Source: Takakia lepidozioides (taxonomy: Eukaryota > Plantae > Bryophyta). Taken from it: DNA of 64,000 nt. Below, one piece after another: positions 49,701-60,577 of the stretch; positions within the stretch are counted from its first letter, which is position 1, and each line of letters opens with the position of its first letter. The notes under the pieces are model-generated. The model was not told where the DNA came from, ran no database searches, and was given only the letters and a program-made list of their open reading frames with translations. The position numbers were made by a program, and so were the translations under genes. The stretch spans positions 24,366,001 through 24,430,000 of the forward strand of contig CM060734.1 of NCBI GenBank assembly GCA_030704615.1, in the 5' to 3' direction.

Positions 49701-52700
49701 AAGATCAGTATCTCCATCGCCTGGATCAGGGTCAGTGCCATCTACTACTCCCCACATATCTGATCGTGTGAGTATCATTTCAACCTTAATGCTCCAAGTT
49801 GAATAGTTGACGCTTGTCAACTTTTCAATTTGGTATGCACGTGAAGACGAGACTGCGGTAGCCACCATGAGATATATCTGCGACGTTGGAGACAGATTTA
49901 TTCAATGGCAGAGGGTTAGCTCTTGCTCCCACAGACTCACAAAAAACTAGGATTTACAGGTTAGCTAGAGCTCTGATACCATGTGAGAGAGATAACTGTA
50001 AAACCATTGTGTGTTTTGTATATATTAACAGTTATATACAGGGAAAGGGCTAAGGCCCTTTGAGAACGTCAAGGGTTGCAACTATCCAACTAGGGATGCA
50101 ACTGTCCAACTACCAATCATTAACAACTACGTAAATCACATCTCTTGATATGAAGAGTTCAATCCACATAGACAGAATGAGCGAGGATGTTGCTGACGTG
50201 TGTGATAACACTTCATCAAAGTCAAGTACTCTCACTTGTGTGTCTGTTACTCTCAGATACTAAAGTCTTCTTTTGCGTTCGATCCCATCTGAAAATCCTT
50301 CCCCTGTGTCCCCCTCACCCTCGATTTTCAAGGAATGGCAGGTGTATAGTTGGAAAAAGTGGGAGGTGGAAGCACGTGCAGAGAAGTACCATAATTTGTC
50401 AGGTACCCTTACAGCCTTGTGTATCTCTGAGTACAAGAAGATGAAACATAGAGAGTCCAGGGAGTCCTTCCTGTGAATTCTGGATCCATATCTGTGTAGC
50501 TAAGTCTGTTTTCTTTTCAACTAAAAATAAACGCAAAAAACGTTGTACTTTAGGGACATCGGAACGTGAGGACAAAAATATCATTCAATGTACAATTCTT
50601 GACAATTCAAGTGTCATTCCTCCTCCAAATCCTCTTCTTCACTCATCCATTGTACAGATTAGCGAAGAGGGATGCCAGAGACAGACAGAAGCGAAGAGAG
50701 CCAGGAGAGAAGCGAAAAAAAATTTAGGGCTATGTATTTTTTACGTTCGCTCAAGCGTTTTCGAACGTGACTTTGAATAACGCTTTGAGAACGCGTTCCC
50801 CAAGGTCGGAAACGCGTTCGCGGTGACTTAGGTGTGCAGGACATTATAAACAGACAAGGACGATGGGATGTTCTCTAAATATGAATTCATGCTATAATTT
50901 TCATATAGAAGGGTATATGCAGAGCTTGAAACTTCACAGGGGTGCTTCTTGGTAAATTGCAGGTCTTTAAATCTATACAAGTTGTCCATATCAGATGATT
51001 CTATTGAATAATTATAATAAGTTCTGACGAGGGTAACTGGCATGCAGAGATAACGAGACAACTAACAATGAAAAGGCAGTCGACATTTGTGCTCTACCAC
51101 ACCTCTAAAGCCTGGAGCAAGTCAAAGCTTCTTGTCTGGGTGGTCAGTCCCTCTTTTCGCTTTAAATTTGTCAAGATTCAGTGGAATATCATCTGGCTGT
51201 GGGCTGCCAGTCACAATTGTAGTAAAAAAAGAAAAGCGAGACCTTTGACAATCACAAACTGGACACTTTGTTCTGGTTGCAAGGTTTGCTTCTTGCGCCA
51301 ATTTGGGCAATCTGTGACAAGGGCTGACTACCTAGCACTGCGACTGGGATTTATCACTGTGAGTCTCCCAATATATGTGGCCTGAAGACTTTCATATTGA
51401 CATGTTCCTTGCAATCACTTTCTCCCAAGGAATTTGATAACTGAGCATTACTCAGTTCAAAGGGTTAATGTACTATCTTTCCTCCAGAAATTCTTAGGAG
51501 TATTTAGAAAGGGTAGATTGTATGAGTACTGACTGGGCATAAGGCTCTGAGAATTGCAGAAACACAACACAGGACTCAAATACGATTTCCACAGCTACAT
51601 GATTCGGTCAATGGAAGACGAATTCAAAGAGATTGTTGGTATAAGGTGCGAGTTTTTCTCTGTCAACAGTTCATGAATCTGATAGCTGTACTTGAATGCT
51701 ACCCAAGTCACCAGCGTCATGCATGTAGAGTTTAAGAGGGAACTGTTTATAGGTCTACTGGATATTATCCCTCCAGGAATTAGTTATATGTATGAGGCTG
51801 CACAATACGAGCAGCGCACGATTATGGTATGTTCGACCAGTTCTTATTACATCGATATCCCTGCATAGCATGTCAAGGGATTGCTGGGGGCTGTGGCATG
51901 GCAGTGCTCCCTTGTGGGGATTTGTGGTTGCCTTCATGCTCTTCAATGTTGAAGGTAAGGCTCTTGAAGACCACAGAAGTAACTGAAAATACAGACCTCA
52001 GGGAGACAAATTAAATTGTTCCTTTCCTGCATTTGCTCGAGATCCACCTTGTTTTACATTGCATTGACCTGCATCTTTGTTTCTCATCTAGTCATGCCTA
52101 CCTTCAAGGTTTTTCTCAAGAACATCAGCTTATATTGGGCCCACATAAATCCTGTGAGCCCCTATGTGGACTTCCTAAAGTTTTCCTCTTACGAGGCTCA
52201 TGGACTTGAGGAATCTCTCGCTCGAGATAAAGGACTAGATTTTGGGCTTCTAATTTTTAGGCCCCACTTTTTTTCTTGGTTCTTTTTAGGTCCCATAAGC
52301 TCAAAGTTGAGCTTTCCATGGACGTCATAGAGTTTTTTTCTTTCTGTCCTGCCTGTCTCGGCTTCGAAAAAGTCTGTAGACCGCGTGCCCGTTACTGGGT
52401 ATCCATCATTACCACCTCGTTGAGGTTGAAATTTTCTAGCATCTACACTTCTTGATGCATAGTCTTGAAATTGGGGCATTGTACACAGGGGCCAACTTCT
52501 ACTTCTGGCTTTCATTCATCCCAGTCATTGTAAGACCCTCCTTCCCTTCCTTGAACTGCATGAAGTGCCCCTTGTTCAACGTTCCTTGAATTTGGATCAG
52601 GAGACTTTCTCACTTGAGTCTTCTAAGTTCACAGCACAAATCGCCAGGGGCACATATATATGTAGAAATATTTATGCAAAGAGGATCGAAACGAAAGTGA

Positions 52701-54626
52701 GTCTAGCCACAAGGGGCACTGATCATGCACACAGAGAACCAGTGGGCACTGAGGGGGAGAAATTATGTCAATTATATGCTGCTTCAGTCGGACATCGCAC
52801 GGTGTACCCAGCTTCATAATAAGCACGCCTCTTTGTGGAGGGGAATGACTTGTGTGCGGTACCTACTCTTGAATTTCGCAGCTGGTGTTACTGGTGGGTG
52901 CGAAGTTGCAGCATGTGATAGCACGGCTAGCTTTGGAAAATGCGGGCGTGACAGGACCCTACGTCGGTGCCAAGCTGAAGCCTCGGAATGAGCTATTTTG
53001 GTTCAAGCGTCCAGAACTTCTACTCTATTTGATACATTTCATTCTCTTTCAGGTGTAAGACTCGTGTAAGATTAATTGTCTTTCTTGTGTCCATCTGATG
53101 CTATCAGCTCGGCCAACGTAACGTGCCTTGATTTTCGAACATGTAGATGTACGTTTATATTTATATGTGTGTGTCTGGGTGTTTAGTTAATATATTGACT
53201 TCTATGTACAGCACAAGATGTGGTATTGGGAGGCAGGGAATGAATTCATGAATGTTACAGTGATTGGAAGTGGCTATACAGGCCCAAGGAATAACCGGAC
53301 TTAGGATCACTTCAAGGTACATGCAAGTGTTTGGTTTTATTCTCTTGAGTTGACGAGCTCGTTTTTGCAGACTGCATTTGAGCTGGCATCGTTCTTCTGG
53401 TTTTGGGTACGTTTCAACTAAATTATCGTTCACAACATTGCCATGGTTGAGTATCTTCAAGATCTGAAATGCAGATTCTGTATAGATGCCTGTAGTTATT
53501 ATAGTTCAAGCATGTTCTTTTTGTCTCATTAAATTGAAGCAGCCATTACCTGGGGAGACAAATGGATCATGTCCCGATAGATACGTATAAATGTTTGGCT
53601 TCGCCTGGGCTTTGCGCGATGGTGACATTGTATGTCTTCTGCAGTGGCAATTTTCATTGAACACGTGCTATCTAGAGAACCGAGGTCGTGTTTACACTCG
53701 ACTTGTGCTTGGGTGTGTATTCATACAACCACATATCTACAAAATTACAAAATATATGCACGCACACTAATATGATCTCTATATAATTTACAATGCAAGT
53801 TGCTTAGAGAAGAGCTCTCTATGTATCTAAACCCCACTTCTTATATGTACACCCCAGGAACTTAGAGAGGGGAAGCAAGACCAGAAAGGATATACGTAGG
53901 CTGCTTCATCTGATGTAAGGAGTAGACATGTAGATGGGTGGATTCGCAGAAGAAACGAGTTCAACTTTAGAGTTTTTTGTCAATCAAGCATGATGCAGGC
54001 TTGCAGTACAAACTTTTTGCAGCTTCAGTACACTGCCTCTCTACGCATTGGTTACTCAGGTAAGGTCGCTTGTACCTTCGTTTGACTCAGGATTGCTTTT
54101 CAGCACTTGGTGGAACTACAGCTGCACTGCCACAGGGGCAGTGACAACTTAATTTGGGACGGTATCAATTGCCTGTTTCTCAATCAACCCATTAGATGCT
54201 CCTGAACCAGTACCATCTATTGGGTCGGTTGTGGGTGGATCCCCAGATGGTCCTGGCCGGCCCAGTTAGATCAGTTGTCGTGAATTTCCCAGCTTGATAG
54301 ATTACAGAGTCACTGACACGTCTTGGGGGCCTCAGATGGGAAGTTACTACAAGCAAGCAATATTCCAGGTTGGGATAAAAAATTCTCTTCATATCTGGCG
54401 TAACACTGCAAGGAGGAGAGCGAGATTGGCTTCTCTGTCAGACCATTCAGCGACCAGCGCGAGGTCGGATAAAGGCGCTCATAGAAGCAGCAACAAAACC
54501 CCCACCCATGAGATAACTTTCACATCAAACGAAACCGGAGATCCCAAGGAGGCCGAGGAATATCTAGCTCCACTGGACTTGACACAGAGCACACTCCAGG
54601 AACAAGCTGGGACGTGCCACAGGTAG
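40785..54626 (+). CDS. MLO: MLO family seven-transmembrane protein (clade I, AtMLO4/11/14-like), 15 exons, 544 aa
   Basis: join(40785-40916, 41661-41718, 41916-42208, 42372-42488, 50342-50402, 51048-51142, 51284-51358, 51560-51645, 51905-51954, 52489-52529, 52882-53052, 53371-53406, 53645-53712, 53999-54059, 54336-54626) = 1635 nt, in frame, all introns GT-AG. Motifs [77 protein letters not shown] and a CaM-binding L..W segment. Confidence 0.96.
42561..45860 (-). mobile_element. Ty1/Copia element A (decayed, RT largely deleted) in MLO intron 4
   Basis: 3' LTR at 42561-42846 with PPT TCCCCCT at ~42851. A 5' LTR remnant at 45796-~45860 shares the first ~45 bp, with a Met PBS (GCTCAGATACCA, 45784-45795). 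Remnants of gag, WYLDSG protease, integrase ([21 protein letters not shown]) and the RNase H end ([12 protein letters not shown]). Confidence 0.9.
45861..50138 (-). mobile_element. Ty1/Copia element B (gag-PR-INT-RT-RH, frameshifted, 3'-truncated) in MLO intron 4
   Basis: PBS GCTCTGATACCA (49970-49981), then an LTR from 49982 (right end ~50138 tentative). gag 49868-49176, [14 protein letters not shown] knuckle, WYLDSGAS, integrase [38 protein letters not shown], and RNase H CDNQ/KHID. No 3' LTR. Confidence 0.95.
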
Positions 54627-55359
54627 CTAATTATGTGCTTCATCTCATACGTATGGATGGCAGTGTGAAACACTGAAAACACTACAGTCTGCCCTGGATA
54701 AATGTGAACGGTCTGGTAGTAGAAAAAAAGTAACATTCAGACAAGTTTAACACATTAACAGTTAGGGAGGGATTAATAAAGGACATTTATATTTTTTAAA
54801 TGACACTTACACAACATCCATTTCTTTTACACGAGTAATTGGAGGCACAATCTCAATACCAGATACTTGCAAAACATATGATGTAGGTACAACTAGCACA
54901 TAGGCAATCTTATCTCTCAAAAACAACCTCCAGGTCAAATCTAGAAACGCTAAACATGTATTTTGTTGTGTTGTATTAGCTTCTAATCACAATACTATTA
55001 ATGATTACTTTCTAATCCTTACTACATGATTACCTTCTAATCCTATGATTGGTTATATTTTAGCATCTAATCTTATCTTAGCCTAGCTGGAGCTTAATTA
55101 TGGAGCTTATCTCAAGCTAGCTTGAGCATATCTGGTGGCCTTTATAATGGCCACGGGGTGGACCCTGCGAGCGGCGGGGGCGCGGGTAGGGTCAATCGGT
55201 GGCCATTATCGAACATAATCACAATGGGGGAGTATTCCTTGGGTTTGTAGCCCCAGATGTCGCTATCAGAGCTACGGTAGCCAAAGAAGACTTGCCACGT
55301 GGTGCAATATGGCAAACTCTCTTAACAAATGAAGGGCCAAACCCTGTGAAACGTTGGGT

Positions 55360-56530
55360 TTGGGCCAACGGCACATGCTACCCTAGAGTCGGATACATAG
55401 AAGATTGCATTTGGGCTTAAATTAATGGCCTCGACATAGGAGATGCACTTGCCTACATAGGAAATTGCACTTGGTCTTAGATTTCACACATAAGCCAAAG
55501 GCGACGTAGGCTACACTCGAGGTCGCACTTGGGCCTCAACAGAGGACGCACTTACATATGAAATTGTACTTGGTCTTAGATTTCAATTCTTCACACACAT
55601 GGGCCAAAGGCACATGATACCCTAGAGGTCGCACTTGGGACGCACTTACATATGAAATTGTACTTGGTCTTAGATTTCAATTCTTCACACACATGGGCCA
55701 AAGGCACATGCTACCCTAGAGGTCGCACTTGGGCCTCGACATAGAGGATGCACTGGGATACATAGAAGATCTTACACTTGGGCTTAGATGACACTAGATC
55801 TTACACTTGGGCTTAGATGACACTAGATCTTACAGTTGGGCTTAGATTACACTGGACACTTGGGCCAACGGCACAGGCTACCCTAGTCAATATATGAATC
55901 GAGACGTTTGTTTTGTTTTATTTTGTAGCATCGTTGAGATCTCCCAAACCGCGGGCCCCAGCCCCGGTGCTTGGTGTCGTTGGAAAGCCCTCGGTGAGGA
56001 GGGGTGCACCGGCTTGGTCTCATGATTTTTGGACCAGCGGTGTGGGAGATCTGGAATTTCAAGTGCTTTGGGTCGTTGGAAATTTGAGAAAAATAGCAAA
56101 GTGGGCTTTGGATTAATGATTGGCCCTTCATGTGGGAGATTTGGAATTTCAAATACTTTTGGTCGCTGGAAATTCGCAAAAAATAGCAAAGTGGATATAT
56201 CAACATATGAAGCCTCGACAGGGGAGATTGCAAAAATAGCAAAGTGGGCAATGACATTGAGATCTCCCAAATTGTAGGTCTTTGGATACATTGGGGATTG
56301 CAGTGGACACTGGAGGTCACACTTGGGCCTCTACATGGGAGATGGAGTCACTGGGCTTAGATGGGCCTCGACATAGGAGACGCATTGGGATACATAGGAA
56401 ATTGCACTTGGTCTTAGATTTCAACTCTTCATACATGGGCCAAAGGCACATGCTACCCTAGACTCTAGAGGTCGCACTTGGGCCTCAACATAGGAGACGC
56501 ACTGGGATACATAGAAGATCTTACACTTGG
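55360..56530. repeat. Complex tandem array of CACTTGG(G/T)C-based units, interrupted by a ~420-bp insertion (55886-~56300) carrying GAGATCTCCCA inverted motifs
   Basis: Repeated GGGCCAA(A/C)GGCACATGCTACCCTAGAGGTCGCACTTGGGCCTC and 3x GATCTTACACTTGGGCTTAGATGACACTA. The array resumes at ~56310. Confidence 0.8.
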
Positions 56531-59500
56531 ACAACTGTTTGATGGTGATGATGAAGTGGCTAGAGAATTTCGTGATAACATACGACGTTACAACAATGCA
56601 TTTGCTTTTACTTCAGTGGGTGTCAATCGGGATCGCACGTTGGGTCCTGGACCCTATTTGTTTTCATGTCCATGGTAGATTGACCCACATGTGTGGTGCT
56701 CTATTACCTGAGCCCGGTGTACAACCTGTATTTGCGCAATTATATATATACGACCCAACCGAAGTCATAGAAGCTCGGATGCGAGTAAATCCAGAAGTTC
56801 GCCCAGATACAATGTTGATATTACAACAACTTCTGCTTGAACACAATCCTTTTGTTCCGCTGATGAAACAAGTTTATGAAACTTTGCGTGAAGAACGAGC
56901 ACGGGGCAATGATAATTTGAATTTGGCGATGCATCTGCATTTCCAACCTAGAGGAGATGTTCGACGCTACAATCTCCCACAAACCAATGAAATAGCAATT
57001 GTTTTGCCTGGAGATGGAGTAATTCCAAATGCAGTTCGTGACGTTGTGATTCGTTTGCGTGGAGGTTTCTTGCGTCGCATTGGCTCGCAAGTTCTCACAT
57101 TTGTCATCCCACATATTTGCCACTACACTATGTTTTCTTGTTTCCTCATGGGGAACTTGGCTAGCATCCAGAAATCTCGCATGCCATACAACGTGCGCGA
57201 CAAACATATGTGACGCAGATGCAATTCTTTTCGTACCGTTTATATCCAAGAAGTAACGAATATTCTACAATACTTCGTGCTGGAAAGTTGTTCCATGAGT
57301 TCATTGTAGATGCATGGGCTCCAACAGAGCAAGCTCGGTTGCGATGGGTAGAAATGAACCAGACGACATTACGGGCCGACGTATACCAAGATCTTGCAGA
57401 TACAGTAGGAACGATGCAAATGAAGAGATAGAACTTCGAAATCTCGGACGTAGGGTTTTCTTACCTTCTTCATTCGTGGGTAGCTCCCGCAACATGTTTG
57501 AGATCTTTCAAGATTCTATGGCCATCACTCGCTATTTCAAGCACCCCGACTTATTTGGAACAATGAACACAAACCCTGACTGGCCTGAGATCAAAGCTGC
57601 AATACTATCAGGACATAATGCAATACATCAACATGATCTGGTTGCCCATGTTTTCAAGCAAAAGTCCAGGGCACTACTTCGAGATATCTTGAAGATCAAT
57701 GTACTTGGACGAACTGTGGCGCATGTCTATACAATTGAGTTTCAAAAACATGGATTGCCACACATGCATTTTCTTATATTCTTTGCAACAGAAGACAAAG
57801 TGGTGGATGTAGCAGCAGTGGATTGAATTGTTTGTGCAAAATTTCCGGATCCTGAACTTGATCCCGTTCTTTTCAACACAATCTTGAAGACAATGGTACA
57901 CGGCCCATGTGGACCACGGAACCTCCAATCTCCATGCATGAAAGATGCCAAGTGTTCAAAACGGTATCCAAAGGCCTTCTAAGAAGAGACCTCCATGGAT
58001 GTTGATGGATATACATTATATCGAAGGAGACATAACATTGGTCACGGCTATGAAACACGAGGACATTTGGTGGACAATCGGGATGTGGTGCCCTATAATC
58101 CATTCATATCTAGGAAATACAAGTGCCACATCAACATAGAGGTATGTGTTTCAATACTCGCTGTAAAATATATTCATAAATATATTTACAAAGGACATGA
58201 CCGAACTACTATGCAATTTGGTCGAGAACCAAATGAGGTCGAGCAATACCTTGATGCTCGATATGTCAGTGCACCTGAGGCGGCATGGCGTTTATTTGCG
58301 ATGGAGATGCATGAGGAGCAGCCAAATATGGTACGTCTTGCTCTCCACTTGTCGGGGATGCACAGAGTGGTATTCAATGAAAACGAAGATGTCCAAATGG
58401 TCCTTCAAAGAGCAGAGCGCGAAACAACAACGTTAACTGCGTATTTTGCTAGATATGCAATAGAACCAAATGCTAGGCAATACACATATCTTGACTTCCC
58501 ACAACACTATATTTGGAAGGCTGCTACAAAAGAGTGGAGACCTCTGGCCTAGAGTACTTGCAGGATTCGCGTTAGGAAGGTTGTACTTTGCTGATCCAAC
58601 TGCCGGAGAACGTTATTACCTCCGGTTGCTTCTTACGATAGTTCGAGGACCTGTCTCATTTGAATACCTCCGAACAGTGTGTGGTCATGTTTACGACACA
58701 TTTAAAGAAGCATGTTTTGCAAGGGGATTGCTGGAAGGCGATAGAGAGTGGATTGCATGTCTAGAAGAAGCTTCACTTTTTTGTACAGGATCACAACTAC
58801 GACATTTGTTTGTGACATTACTTACGTTTTGCACTCCTAACCAACCTGGACAACTGTGGGAACAATTTTGTCATCATCTATTCGATGATTTACGACATCG
58901 GCTGCAAGTACAACACCATCTTGACGACCCCACTGAGCATGAAGTATACGAGTACGGATTATTTCTCATTGACGAATCTTTGAGGGAACATCACAACACT
59001 TCATTGTCCGCCATACCAGGTATGCCGCAATCTGGATAGTACATTGCCCAAATCCACTCATTGCAAAACAACTTGATTATAAGCGTGAAGAGCTTGCATC
59101 CATAGTCGAAGAATGTGTACCCCAACTTAATTCTGAACAATCTATTGCTTATCACGAAGTCCTAACATCAGTGAACGAACATCGTGGTACAACTTTTTTC
59201 ATCGAAGGACCGGCCGGAACAGGAAAAACATTTGCTTACAACACCATCACCCCTGCACTTTGTGCACAAGGCAAGATCGTTATATGTGTTGTTTCCTCTG
59301 GTATTTTTGCTATCCTACTTGATGATGGACGAACTGCACATTCTACTTTCAAACTTCCAATCCAGATCAATGCAGATTCAATATGTGCTATAGATAAAAC
59401 ATCGCAACGAGCGGATCTTCTCCGAGAATGTTCCTTGATCATCTGGGATGATGTTCCTATGCAACAATGGCATTGTCCGAAGGCAACTGATCGTACACTG

Positions 59501-60065
59501 CGAGATATATGTGATGACAACAGACCTTTTGGAGGCCTCATTGTAGTATTTGGAGGAGACTTTCGTCAAATTCTACTTGTTATTGTAAAGGGATCTAGAG
59601 GACAAATCATAGGAGCCTCGCTTCGAAGGTCAATGTTGTGGCCCGGTATATGTATATTAAGGTTAACAGAAAACATGCGTTTGGAAAATCGGCAGTTTGC
59701 GAGTTGGCTGTTACAAGTTGGAAGTGGAATCATTCAAGTCGATGGGCATGGCAACATTCCTCTTCCACAACGAATGGTGCATGGTCGACATATACAATCA
59801 CTTATTGACTCCGTCTACAATGGTATTCGAGATATAAATTCATACAACGATGAATACTTCAAAGATCGAACCATATTATCAACTCGAAATGATAATGTTG
59901 ATAGTATCAACAATGATTAATTCACATGTTCCAAGGAGCTCTTCCAACATTTCATGGTGCAGATTTAACACTTCTTGAGGCAGGTGCTGATAATCATAAT
60001 TTGTATCCTACATAATATCTCAATTCTTTAGAGTTGCCAGGATTGCCACCTTCGAAGCTCAATCT
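56530..60065 (+). mobile_element. Helitron RepHel (Rep/HUH endonuclease + PIF1 helicase), pseudogenised and truncated at both ends
   Basis: FRDNIRRYNNAFAFTS, FAQLYIYDP, RRYNLP, LPSSFVGS, HPDLF, EFQKHGLPHMH, VVPYNP, KYIHKYIYKGHD, ERYYLRLLL, EGPAGTGKT, GRTAHSTF, GGDFRQ and LTENMR, ending at GLPPSKLNL. Several frameshifts and stops. Confidence 0.96.
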
Positions 60066-60094
60066 GGACATCGCAGATGGGGTCTATTCTGCCT

Positions 60095-60345
60095 AGGGGA
60101 CTAGCGACACCCAGGAATCGCCATGACGTCACTGCCATCTGGGGGCGTCGCTAGACCCCCATGGGTAGGGGGTTCTCTGGCGACGCCGGGGAATCACACG
60201 GACGTCGCAACCCCCGGGGGCCGTCGCTAGCTCCATGGGAGGGCACGTTCTTATGCAACTCCCTGGAGTCGCAACAACGTCGCAGCCCCTGGGCGGCGTC
60301 GCTAGCTCGACGTTGGCGTGGTTCTGTTGCGACTGCTGGGAATCG
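60095..60345. repeat. CACTA-like subterminal repeats (GTCGCTAG / CTAGCGAC in both orientations)
   Basis: Multiple GC-rich GCGAC/GTCGC motif copies directly downstream of the TnpA-like gene. Confidence 0.6.
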
Positions 60346-60577
60346 CAAGAGTGTCGTTGGGTGGAAGGGTAGCCAGCTAGTATTTGGGGTGGGGTTTTGG
60401 AGTTTTTTTTTCGTTTGGGGGGGGGGGGTGGGATTTCTTGGGGGTCGGGGTGTGCCTCGTGCTTGCAAGAATTGCATGCATTCTAATCTATAGGTCGACA
60501 CACCAAATCCACATGTCCATTAAGGTTAGAATGAGGATCGAAATGACAACTGAAAAAATATATACATTAAGCGAGTA

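Noticed and set aside
52016-52330. [11 protein letters not shown] as MLO exon 10
   Set aside because: Wrong phase. The true 41-nt exon [14 protein letters not shown] is at 52489-52529.
55883-56320. ORFs of 134-145 aa in the inserted repeat
   Set aside because: The translations reflect internal nucleotide repeats of a non-coding MITE-like insertion.
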